From the NCBI GenBank assembly GCA_965214705.1, contig CBDCCI010000002.1, forward strand, positions 1,184,001-1,248,000: 64,000 bases of DNA. The letters are read 5' to 3'. Origin of the DNA: Alphaproteobacteria bacterium (GTDB lineage: Bacteria; Pseudomonadota; Alphaproteobacteria; UBA828). The notes beneath the pieces are model-generated. The model was not told the origin of the DNA. It made no database searches and was given only the letters and a program-made list of their open reading frames with translations. The position numbers and the translations under genes are program-made. Below are positions 9,348 to 18,458 of the stretch, in pieces (positions within the stretch are counted from its first letter, which is position 1; every line of letters starts with the position of its first letter).

Positions 9348-9977
9348 ATGGCAAGCCATGTCCACGACCACGCCCACGATCATCGTCCGCCGCCCGACGA
9401 GGACGGCCCGCTCAGCTACTACGAGACCATGGAGATCGCCGTCCGCGAGCTCCTGATCGAGAAGGGGGTCTTCGGCGCCGACGACGTGCGCGCGGCGATC
9501 GAGGCGATGGACGCCCGCAGCCCCGCGAAGGGAGCGCAAGTCGTGGCCCGCGCCTGGACCGACCCAGCCTTCAAGAACGCGCTGTTGGCGGATGGCTCTA
9601 AGGCTTGTGCCAGCATGGGCATCGAGCTCGGGCCGCTGCGCCTCATCGCCGTCGAGAACACCGCGAGCGTGCACAACGTCATCGTCTGCACGCTCTGCTC
9701 GTGCTATCCGCGCAACCTCCTGGGCCTCCCGCCGGATTGGTACAAGGCGAGAGCGTACCGCTCCCGCGTGGTGCGCGAGCCCCGCGCCGTGCTGCGCGAG
9801 TTCGGCACCGAGGTGCCCGACGACGTGACCGTGCGGGTGCACGATTCCACCGCCGATATGCGCTACATTGTCGTGCCCCGGCGGCCCGCCGGCACCGAGG
9901 GCTGGGAGCCCGAGCGCCTCGCCGCGCTCGTGACCCGCGACTGCATGATCGGCGTGACGGTTCCGAAGACCCCCTGA
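9348..9977 (+). CDS. Cobalt-type nitrile hydratase alpha / thiocyanate hydrolase gamma subunit
   Basis: Metal-binding VCTLCSCYP (Thr/Tyr = Co-type), LGLPPDWYK...YRSR.VREPR, His-rich N-terminus. Confidence 0.93.
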   Translation: MASHVHDHAHDHRPPPDEDGPLSYYETMEIAVRELLIEKGVFGADDVRAAIEAMDARSPAKGAQVVARAWTDPAFKNALLADGSKACASMGIELGPLRLIAVENTASVHNVIVCTLCSCYPRNLLGLPPDWYKARAYRSRVVREPRAVLREFGTEVPDDVTVRVHDSTADMRYIVVPRRPAGTEGWEPERLAALVTRDCMIGVTVPKTP

Positions 9978-10042
9978 CGCCGGCGCGGCGGCGCGCCTGC
10001 AGACGCCGGGCCGCTATACCGTGAGAAGGATCGAGTTGAGCC

Positions 10043-11719
10043 ATGCATGATCTCGTAATTCGCGGCGCGATGGTGGCGGATGGCGTCGGCAACCCACTGA
10101 TCCAGGCCGATGTCGCCGTCAGCGGCGAGCACATCGTCGAAGTCGGCGACGTGACCGAGAGCGCGCGGGAGACGGTCGACGCCGACGGCCTCGTGCTCGC
10201 ACCGGGCATCGTCGACGTGCACACCCATTACGACGCCCAGGTCACCTGGGAGAGCCAGGTGACGCCCTCGCCCTCGCTCGGCGTCACCACGGTGGTCATG
10301 GGCAACTGCGGCTTCAGCATCGCGCCCTGCCCGCCGGACCGGCGCGAGCAGATGGCGCGCAACCTGGCCGAGGTCGAGGGTATGTCCATCGCTGCGCTAG
10401 AAGCCGGGATCGACTGGGGCTTCGAGAGCTTCCCGGAGTATCTGGCGCAGCTGCGGCGCAAGGGCTGCTATCCCAACGCCGGCGTCTTCGTCGGCCACTC
10501 GGCGGTGCGCACCACGGTGCTCGGCGCCGAGGCTTCGGAGCGCGCAGCGACCGAGGACGAGATCGCCACCATGCGCGGCATTGTGAAGGAGGCGATGGAG
10601 GCCGGCGCCATCGGCTTCGCCACCTCGACCTCGATCAATCACAACGGCGATGGCGGGGTGCCGATGCCCTCCCGGCTGGCGGAAGACGACGAGTTGCGCG
10701 CGCTGGTGGGCGTGCTCGGCGAACTCGGCCGGGGAACCTTCCAACTCACCGTCGGCCCGAGCATGACGGTGGAGCGTCTGGAGAGCATGGCCGCCCAAAC
10801 CGGCCGGCCGATCTTCATGACGGCCGCCCTCCACAACGATACCTTCCCCGACCGCGCCATCGGGATGCTGGAGGGCGCCGCCGCCGCGCAGAGTCGCGGC
10901 AACGGGGTGTGGGCCCAGGTCTCGTGTCAGCCACTCTGCATGGATTTCTCCATGCGGACCGCCTTCCCGCTGCAAAGTCTCGATGCCTGGGAGCCGCTGC
11001 ACACGGCATCGGACGAGGATTTCCTGGCGATCGTCGGAAGTCAGGACTTCCGCAACAGGTTCCGGGAGGACCTGGAAAAGCCGAAGCAGGGCAAGATCTT
11101 CTACGGCGATTGGCGGCGGGTCGAGCTGGCGATGGCGGCGACGCCGGCGCATCGGACGCTGGAAGGCGAGACCATCGAGGCCATCGCCGGGCGCGAGGGC
11201 CGCGATCCGGTCGACGTCATGTTCGACATCGTCGTGGACGAGAAGCTGGGCACCACCTTCAACGCCGCCCTGCTCAACGCCGACGAGGCGGCGGTGGAAG
11301 AGCTGCTGCTTCACGACGCCGGCCTCATCAGCCTGTCGGACGCCGGCGCCCACCTTTGCTATCTCTGCGATGCCGGCTACGGCCTGCACCTGCTCGGTCA
11401 CTGGGTGCGCGACAAGGGCGTGTTCGATCTGGCGGACGGCATCCGCCGGGTCACCAGCATGCCGGCGCGGCTCTACGGCATCGCGGATCGCGGCGAGATC
11501 GCGCCCGGCAAGTTCGCGGATCTCATGCTGTTCGATCCGGCAACGGTCGGGCGCGGTGCGATCCGGCGGGTCGACGATCTGCCCGGCGGCGAGAGCCGGC
11601 TGGTGCGCGACGCGAGCGGGGTGCACAGGGTCTGGGTCAACGGCACCCGCGTCTACGACGAGGACGGCTACCGCGACGTGCCGCCCCCTGGCCACGTGCT
11701 CGACCGCTATCTGAGTTAG
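10043..11719 (+). CDS. N-acyl-D-amino-acid deacylase family amidohydrolase (second paralog)
   Basis: PGIVDVHTHYD, GVTTVVMGNCG, SDAGAH, DRG.IAPG..AD, DLPGGESRL. Confidence 0.92.
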   Translation: MHDLVIRGAMVADGVGNPLIQADVAVSGEHIVEVGDVTESARETVDADGLVLAPGIVDVHTHYDAQVTWESQVTPSPSLGVTTVVMGNCGFSIAPCPPDRREQMARNLAEVEGMSIAALEAGIDWGFESFPEYLAQLRRKGCYPNAGVFVGHSAVRTTVLGAEASERAATEDEIATMRGIVKEAMEAGAIGFATSTSINHNGDGGVPMPSRLAEDDELRALVGVLGELGRGTFQLTVGPSMTVERLESMAAQTGRPIFMTAALHNDTFPDRAIGMLEGAAAAQSRGNGVWAQVSCQPLCMDFSMRTAFPLQSLDAWEPLHTASDEDFLAIVGSQDFRNRFREDLEKPKQGKIFYGDWRRVELAMAATPAHRTLEGETIEAIAGREGRDPVDVMFDIVVDEKLGTTFNAALLNADEAAVEELLLHDAGLISLSDAGAHLCYLCDAGYGLHLLGHWVRDKGVFDLADGIRRVTSMPARLYGIADRGEIAPGKFADLMLFDPATVGRGAIRRVDDLPGGESRLVRDASGVHRVWVNGTRVYDEDGYRDVPPPGHVLDRYLS

Positions 11720-11743
11720 CCCGGCTCCGGAGCCGGAAGGCCG

Positions 11744-12709
11744 TCACTGGTCGGCGCCCGCTTGCGGGACTGCCGGGGTGGGCGTGGCGTCGCTGATGAA
11801 CGGCCGCTCCGCCCTGGGCGCGATGGCGGGTTCGGGCTCGCCACTCTCGGTGACCGTCACCCGCACCTCCAGGCTGGACTCCCCGCCGCCGAACACCGCG
11901 CCCCGCGTCGGCGCCGCGTCGGCATAGTCGCGGCCCACGGCGATGCAAACATGGCGATGATCGGCGATGGTGTCGTTGGTGGGGTCGATGCCGAGCCAGC
12001 CCAGATCGGGCAGCAGGAATTCCGCCCAGGCGTGGCTCGCGCCTTCGGGCGTCTGCTCGCCCGGCGCGCCTTCCCGATGCAGGTAGCCCGAGACGTAGCG
12101 GCTCGGAATCCCCCAAGCGCGCGCGATGGCGATCATCACGTGGGTGTAGTCCTGGCAGACCCCGCTGCCGGTCTCCAGGATGTGCTCGATCGGCGAATCC
12201 ACCGCCGTGCTGCCCGGCTCGTAGCGGAACGCCCCGTGCAGCGCGCGGCCCAGCTCCAGGAGGGAGGAGAGGGGATCGCCGCCCTTGCGCAACCCCTTGT
12301 TCTCGGTGAAGGCTGCGAGCGCCGGGCTCGCACGCGCGAAGCGGCTCGGCGCCAGGAACTCCCAATGCCCGAGCGGGGCCGCGGCCTCTGCCAGCGCGTC
12401 CCAGGCGTTCCCCTCCATGCGCTCCGGCAGGTCGGGCGCCGGCGCGGTCTCCACCTCCGCCCGCGAATGCACGGCGGTGTGCTCGTGCGTCCGATGGATG
12501 TTGAACAGGTGGCAGGCGTTGCCGAAGGAGTCCTCGAACGCGAGCGGCGCGGCGACGGGGTCGATGTCGAGGGCGAAGGAGGCGACCCGCTGCCCGCCGT
12601 CCGCCCGCGGTTGCAGGCGCAGCACCATCAGACTGCCCTGCGCCGGCGCCTCGTAGCGAAAGTCCGAGAGGTGCTCGACCAGGAATCGCCGCGGCGTGTC
12701 TCTGCTCAC
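11744..12709 (-). CDS. Transglutaminase-like family protein
   Basis: Likely GTG start at 12709 (MSRDTPRRFLVEH) overlapping the alpha-E TGA. Catalytic GVCQDYTH, SHAWAE, GIDPTN, GRDYAD. Confidence 0.9.
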   Translation of the reverse strand: MSRDTPRRFLVEHLSDFRYEAPAQGSLMVLRLQPRADGGQRVASFALDIDPVAAPLAFEDSFGNACHLFNIHRTHEHTAVHSRAEVETAPAPDLPERMEGNAWDALAEAAAPLGHWEFLAPSRFARASPALAAFTENKGLRKGGDPLSSLLELGRALHGAFRYEPGSTAVDSPIEHILETGSGVCQDYTHVMIAIARAWGIPSRYVSGYLHREGAPGEQTPEGASHAWAEFLLPDLGWLGIDPTNDTIADHRHVCIAVGRDYADAAPTRGAVFGGGESSLEVRVTVTESGEPEPAIAPRAERPFISDATPTPAVPQAGADQ

Positions 12710-13681
12710 GATGCGTCCTTGACCTCGTAGTCGAAGTAGGCGGCCGCGATGTCCTGGTGCAGCAGCCGGCATGACTCGCCGATCTCCCGCAGCGCCGCGC
12801 GCGTGGCGTCGTCGTCCCCCGCGGTCGCGGTCGGGCCAGTCATGGTCGATGCTGGCGACCATGCGGCCCGCGCGGCGCTCCGCTTCGATCTTGAGCGCCG
12901 GGCCCACAGCCACGGCGTCGAGCGCGTCGACGATGCGCCCGAGCGCATGGCGGATCGAGTGCGACAGCGAGGGGTCGGTGACCAGGAAGTCGACCATGCG
13001 GCTCGGGCTGCGTTCCAGGGAGTAGAGGCGGCGGTAGGCGAAGTGTGCCTCGCTGATCCAGAGCAGGGAGAGCCAGTCCGCTTCGCAGTCGGGCGCGTCG
13101 GTGGGGAACAGCGCGATGTGCGCGTCCATCAGCGCGGCGGTAGACTGTACCCGCTCGACGAAGCGCCCGAGCTGGAGGAAGTGCCAGCCGTCGTCCCGGT
13201 AGATCGTGCCCTCCGCGACGCCCGAGATGGTGCGGATGGCGCCCTCGGTGCGCTCGTAGAACGAGCCGGGCTGGTCGTTCCAAATGTTCTCGATCTCGAC
13301 ATCGCGCAGGTCGAAGTAGGCGAGGTTGAGGGCTGACCACATCTTGTCGGGAATGATGTTGCGCACCTGCCGGGCGCTCTCGCGCGCCGCCGCGAAGCAG
13401 TTGCGGATCGCATCGGGGTTGGTCGGCTCGAAGGTCAGGTCGTCGGCCAGCGTGTAGGCGTCGGCCAGCATGAAGTCTTCGTCGTCGGGCGGCGGCTCCA
13501 GGTGGCCGCCCAGCGGGGTGCGGCCGGCGGCGATGTAGAGGCGCCGCCAACTCTGGTCGATCTGCTCGACCGGCCGGTCCTCGATGATGATGAACTGCTC
13601 CGCCAGCAGGCGGCAGCCGTTCTGCGCCCGCTCCAGATAGCGGGCCATCCAGTAGAGGCCTTCGGCGGTGCGTGAGAGCAT
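12706..13681 (-). pseudogene. Alpha-E domain protein (DUF403), with a +1 frameshift at a G5 run
   Basis: MLSRTAEGLYWMARYLERA and LGRFVER (ER motifs). The native-looking C-terminus (GDDDATRAAL..LHQDIAAAYF) is in another frame after 12816-12820; as written, the frame reads into the transglutaminase. Confidence 0.75.
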
Positions 13682-13685
13682 CGGC

Positions 13686-15185
13686 CTACTCGGAGAGCAC
13701 CCAGAGGTCCTTGCCGCCGCCGCCCTGGCTCGAATTCACGACGAGCGAGCCCTCGACCAGGGCGACGCGGCAGAAGGCGCCGGGGACGAGGCGGGTCTCG
13801 TTCCCGCGCAGCACGAAGGGGCGGAGGTCGACGTGGCGCGGAGCGGCGCCCGTCTCCGTCAGGCAGGGCGAGACCGAGAGGTCGAGCACCGGCTGGGAGA
13901 TGTAGTTGGCCGGGTTTTTCCGCAGCTCTTCGGCGTAGGCCGCGCGCTGGTCGGGCGTGGCGTGGGGGCCGACCAGCATGCCGTATCCGCCTGATTCGCC
14001 GACCATCTTGACCACCAGCTTGTCCAGGTTGTCGAGCGTGTACTCCAGCCCCTCCGGCTCCCGGCAGATGCGGGTGTCCACGTTGGCGAGCAGCGGCTCC
14101 TCGCCCAGGTAATAGCGGATCATCTCCGGCACGTAGACGTAGACGCTCTTGTCGTCGGCGACACCCGTGCCCGGCGCATTCGCGATGGTCACGTTGCCGA
14201 GCCGATAGGCATAGAAGAGCCCCGGCGTGCCCAGCTGCGAATCCGGGCGGAACGCCAGCGGGTCGATGAAGTCGTCGTCGATGCGGCGGTAGATCACGTC
14301 CACCTTCTTCAGCCCGGCGGTGGTCCGCATGTAGACGAAGCCGTTGTGGACCAGCAGGTCGCTGCCCTGCACCAGCTCCACACCCATCTCCTGCGCCAGG
14401 AACATGTGCTCGTAGAAGGCGGAGTTGTAGACGCCGGGCGTCAGCAGGACGATGCAGGGATCGGAGACGCCGGGTGGCGCAAGCTCGGTGAGCGTCTGCC
14501 GCAGCAGCTGGCCGTAGTGCTCGATGCCGCGCACATGGTGGCGCCGGAACAGGTTGCGCAGGCTGGTCTTCAGCGCGCGCCGGTTGGCCAGCATGTAGGA
14601 GACGCCGGAGGGCACGCGCAGGTTGTCCTCCAGCACCACGAAGCCGTCGTTGGTGCGCACGATGTCGGTGCCGCAGAGCGCGACGTAGACGCCGTGGGGC
14701 ACCTCGAGGCCCCGCATCTCGACCCGGTACTGCGGGCAGCCCCGCACCAGGTCCACCGGCACCACCCCGTCCTCGAGGATCCGCCCCGGCCCGTAGACAT
14801 CGGCGAGGAAGCGGTTCAGCGCCTCCAGCCGCTGCCGCAGGCCCCGCTCCACCAGGTCCCAGTCGGCGGCATCGACGAGCCGCGGCAGAAAGTCGATGGG
14901 GATGATCCGCTCCTGCGCGCCGTCCTCGCCGTAGACCGCGAAGGTGATCCCCTGATGCAGGAAGGAGCGCTCGGCGTACTCCTGCATGGCGGCGATTTCG
15001 GCCGGGCGCATCCCGTCGAGCGCCTCGCAGAGCTCCCGGCAATGCGCGCGCGGCACGCCGGTGGCCTCGAACATCTCGTCGTAGAACGCCGGGCGGGTTT
15101 CGTATTCGGCGAAGAGCCGCCGTCCCGCGTCTGCCGGCCCCTCGCTACCGTCCCCCGATGGTCTGCCGCGCGAATCGCGCTGCAT
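13686..15185 (-). CDS. Circularly permuted type 2 ATP-grasp protein (DUF404/DUF407)
   Basis: YDEM, GITFAVY, LEDNLRVPSGVSY, VDVIYRRIDD, NAPGTGVADDK, PRHVDLRPF, VVNSSQGGGGKD. Start uncertain (about 15185). Confidence 0.93.
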   Translation of the reverse strand: MQRDSRGRPSGDGSEGPADAGRRLFAEYETRPAFYDEMFEATGVPRAHCRELCEALDGMRPAEIAAMQEYAERSFLHQGITFAVYGEDGAQERIIPIDFLPRLVDAADWDLVERGLRQRLEALNRFLADVYGPGRILEDGVVPVDLVRGCPQYRVEMRGLEVPHGVYVALCGTDIVRTNDGFVVLEDNLRVPSGVSYMLANRRALKTSLRNLFRRHHVRGIEHYGQLLRQTLTELAPPGVSDPCIVLLTPGVYNSAFYEHMFLAQEMGVELVQGSDLLVHNGFVYMRTTAGLKKVDVIYRRIDDDFIDPLAFRPDSQLGTPGLFYAYRLGNVTIANAPGTGVADDKSVYVYVPEMIRYYLGEEPLLANVDTRICREPEGLEYTLDNLDKLVVKMVGESGGYGMLVGPHATPDQRAAYAEELRKNPANYISQPVLDLSVSPCLTETGAAPRHVDLRPFVLRGNETRLVPGAFCRVALVEGSLVVNSSQGGGGKDLWVLSE

Positions 15186-15308
15186 GGATTGTGCTCGTAC
15201 TCTGCCGAATTCGACATGATTGTTGTTTGGAACCCAGGCGATTCGCAAGCGCGCCGGCCGCCGCGTCACGAAGAACCTGGCCGGCGTCCAGCACCGGCCT
15301 GACATAGA

Positions 15309-17468
15309 CCCAAGTTGGCACTTTTTCCGGTTGCTCAATGCCGGTCTGCCCATATTTTGCGGACCGAAGTACCACATATTGGGGTAGCTCCGAGATGATG
15401 CCACTATATGTGTAATTGAGGCGCTGGAAGCGCGTTGTAGTGCCAGGAGTTGTTAGGTATTGACGATTTTCCCTTGACCCCAGACCCCAAGCCGACAAAT
15501 CTTGGCCCCTCGCAACAATCTCGCGACGGGCGACATGTTCATCAGGGCAACCAAGACCCACACCACCGACGGCAAGCCCGTCCGAAGCCATCGCCTCGTG
15601 CTCTCCCAGCGCATCGGCGACAAGGTCAGGCAGCGCACGCTCCTCAACCTCGGCACCGACTATCCGGTGCCGAAGGAGAAATGGCGCGAAGTGGCCGAAC
15701 TCGCCGAGGCGCTGCTGCACGGCCGCCCGCCGCTGCTCCAAGCCGTCCCGGACGTGCAGGCCGCAGCCGAGGACATCGTCGCCAAGCTCAGGGCCAGGGG
15801 GTTCCGTGCCGAGGCGATGCAGGAAGAGGCGCGCAAGCCCGAGATCGCCACCGTCGACCTCGATACCCTGGAGCATGAGAACCCGCGCACCGTCGGCTGC
15901 GAGCGCCTGTGCCTCAAGGCCCTCGACGACCTTGGCTTCGCCGAAATCCTCCACGGCCTCGACATCAAGGGCCGCGACGGACGCATCGCCAGCGCGCTGA
16001 TCGTCGCCAGGATGGTCCATCCCGCCAGCGAGCGTGATACCAGCCGCTGGCTCCGCCACGACAGCGCGGCCGCCGAGCTCCTGGGCCTGGAGGGCGACCG
16101 CAAGGCGCTGCGGCGCAAGACGCTCTACCGCATCGGCGACCTGCTCTGGCGCCACCGGGCCGCCATCCAGAGGGAACTGTTCAACCGTGAGCGCGCGCTG
16201 CTCGACCTGCCCGAGACGATCGCCTTCTACGATCTCACCAACGTCCACTACCACGGCCACACCGACGGCGAGCTTCCCAGGTTCGGGCGCTCCAAGCAGA
16301 AGCGCGACGACTGTCCCCTCATCACGCTGGCGCTGGCGCTCGACGGTGCGGGCTTCCCGCGCAGTTGCGAGATCCTGCCCGGCAACGTGAGCGAGCCGGG
16401 CACGCTGCACGAGGCGCTGGCCCGGCTCGAGGCGGTATGCGGCGGCACGGCGGCGAAGCCCACGGTGGTCATGGACGCGGGCATCGCCACCGAGGAGAAC
16501 ATCGTCTGGCTGGGCGAGCAGGGCTACGACTGGATCGCGGTCAGCCGCGGTGCCAGGCCTGCGCCGCCCGAGGGCGGACCCGAGGCCCTGCTGATCACCA
16601 GCGCGCGCCACGAGGTGCGGGCCTGGCGGCTTGCCAGCGAGGACGGCGAGGCGCGGCTCTACGTCGTCAGCGAGGGCAAGAAGAAGGCCGAGAACGCGAT
16701 CATCGGCCTGAGGCGGAACCGCTTCGAGGCGGCGCTGCAAAGGCTCCACGGCGGCCTTGCGGTCAAGGGCCGCCTCAAGCGCTACGACAAGGTGCTGGAG
16801 AGCATAGGCCGCCTCAAGCAGCGCTTCTCCGCCGTCGCCAGGCACTACGAGATCACGGTCGAGAAGGCGGACACCGGCCCCAATGCCACCGCCGTGCGCT
16901 TCAAGCGCAGGCCGCGATACGACGAGGCCGATGAGGGCGCGGGCGCCTATGTGCTGCGCACCAGCCACGTCGACTGGGATATCGAGACGGTCCTGCGGAC
17001 GTACTGGCGGATCACGGATATCGAGGCGACATTCCGAAGCCTGAAATCCGAACTCGGCCTTCGCCCGATCTGGCACCAGCTCGACCGGCGCATCGCGGCC
17101 CACCTGCTGATCGCCGTGCTGGCCTACCACGCCGTGCATCTGATCCGTTCCCGGCTGGCCGCGCGGGACATCCACAAGTGCTGGGCATCGATCCGCGAGA
17201 GCATGCGGACCTGGGTGCGGATCACCACGCGCCTGCGCCAGACCGACGGCACCTTGATCGTCAATCGACAGGACACGCGCCCGGCCGCTGAGGTTGCCGC
17301 AATCTCCTCGGCGGCGGGCGTGGAACCCGCCATCCACCGCACGAGGACCCGCCTGCCGAACTGACAGAATCCAACAAAATGTAGTGCCATGTTGGAACCG
17401 GCCGAGAGAAATATCGCGTTACATCAACACGATAAAGGACATGGGTAGGACAAAAGTGCCAACTTGGG
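15309..17468 (+). mobile_element. IS1634-family insertion sequence, about 2160 bp
   Basis: Perfect 17-bp terminal IRs CCCAAGTTGGCACTTTT (15309-15325 / 17452-17468). Flanking direct repeat TAGA (15305-15308 / 17469-17472). Internal repeated TGTAGTGCCA (15436, 17380). Confidence 0.92.
15535..17364 (+). CDS. IS1634-family DDE transposase
   Basis: MFIR start, QRTLLNLG, YDLTN, FGRSKQKRDD, VMDAGI, Y..I..IEATFRSLKSELGLRPIWH. Confidence 0.92.
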   Translation: MFIRATKTHTTDGKPVRSHRLVLSQRIGDKVRQRTLLNLGTDYPVPKEKWREVAELAEALLHGRPPLLQAVPDVQAAAEDIVAKLRARGFRAEAMQEEARKPEIATVDLDTLEHENPRTVGCERLCLKALDDLGFAEILHGLDIKGRDGRIASALIVARMVHPASERDTSRWLRHDSAAAELLGLEGDRKALRRKTLYRIGDLLWRHRAAIQRELFNRERALLDLPETIAFYDLTNVHYHGHTDGELPRFGRSKQKRDDCPLITLALALDGAGFPRSCEILPGNVSEPGTLHEALARLEAVCGGTAAKPTVVMDAGIATEENIVWLGEQGYDWIAVSRGARPAPPEGGPEALLITSARHEVRAWRLASEDGEARLYVVSEGKKKAENAIIGLRRNRFEAALQRLHGGLAVKGRLKRYDKVLESIGRLKQRFSAVARHYEITVEKADTGPNATAVRFKRRPRYDEADEGAGAYVLRTSHVDWDIETVLRTYWRITDIEATFRSLKSELGLRPIWHQLDRRIAAHLLIAVLAYHAVHLIRSRLAARDIHKCWASIRESMRTWVRITTRLRQTDGTLIVNRQDTRPAAEVAAISSAAGVEPAIHRTRTRLPN

Positions 17469-18385
17469 TAGAGCCCGGCGAGGCCGTTCATCTCCCTGGC
17501 CGGGTCGAGGGACAGGCCGTAGCGGAGCGTCTCGCCCTTTTCCGCGAGATAGAGGGTGCCGCCGAGCCAGTCCCAGAGCGAGAGCACGGTGCCGAAGTTC
17601 TTGTCGTGGTGCCGTACTTCGACGGAGTGGTGGATCTGATGCTGGGCCGGTGACATCAGCACCCGCTCCAGCCGCCGCCCGTAGCTTATGCGCACGTGCG
17701 AATGGCGCAGGTTGGAGCCTGCGGCGTTGAACGCGAACAGGAAGACGCTCGCGCCGAGTACCGTGAAGAGGTCCACCGCGCTGCCGAAGAAGAAGATGAA
17801 CACGGCCACCACCACCGCCTGCACCGCGGTGCCGCGCAGGCTGAAGAGCACCGCCTCCAGCGGATGGGTCCGGTAGACTGTGAGCGGCGTCAGCGTCGTC
17901 GCCGAGTGGTGGACCTTGTGGAAGGCCCAGAGCACCGGCCAGCGGTGCAGGGCGCGGTGCACCAGGTACTTCGACACGTCATCGCAGAGGAAGTGGCAGA
18001 GCGTGAAGCTCGCGACGACCAGCCAGCCGGGGAGTGCGAGGGCGGCGTCGGGCCGGCCGCCGACCAGGGTGTGCAGGCCCGAGAAGAGCGCTGTGGCGAT
18101 CGCCATGCGGCCCACCAGGCGGGGCGCGATCGCCATCATCAGCGCCTGGTTGATCGCAAACATCTTGTAGTCCGCGCGGGCGGAGGCCGACCACCAGATT
18201 GCGCGGGAGAAGATCACGCGGCGGCCGGCCGCAGTGCCCGCGCGGAGGTTCCACCCCGCCGCGCCCAAGGTCACGACGCAGGCGATGGCCAGCGCCGCCG
18301 CCAGGTAGCCGGCGAAGACGCGCTTCTTGGGATCGACGAAGCCGTCGACCAGCCCGCCGAGATAGTCGAGGACGACCGACTCCAC
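17469..18385 (-). pseudogene. Sterol desaturase / fatty-acid hydroxylase family gene interrupted near its 3' end by the IS
   Basis: His boxes HRALH, FHKVHH, NLRHSH, HQIHH, NFG..LSLWD. Excising the IS restores ..GLAGLY|VRPVLDAG.., continuing at 15304 to a stop at 15145. Confidence 0.85.
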
Positions 18386-18458
18386 CGCGCCCGCGTTCGC
18401 CTCCTAAGTCACCGCGACGCCCACCACCGTAGCGGACGTCGCGGCAGAGAATAACGCC

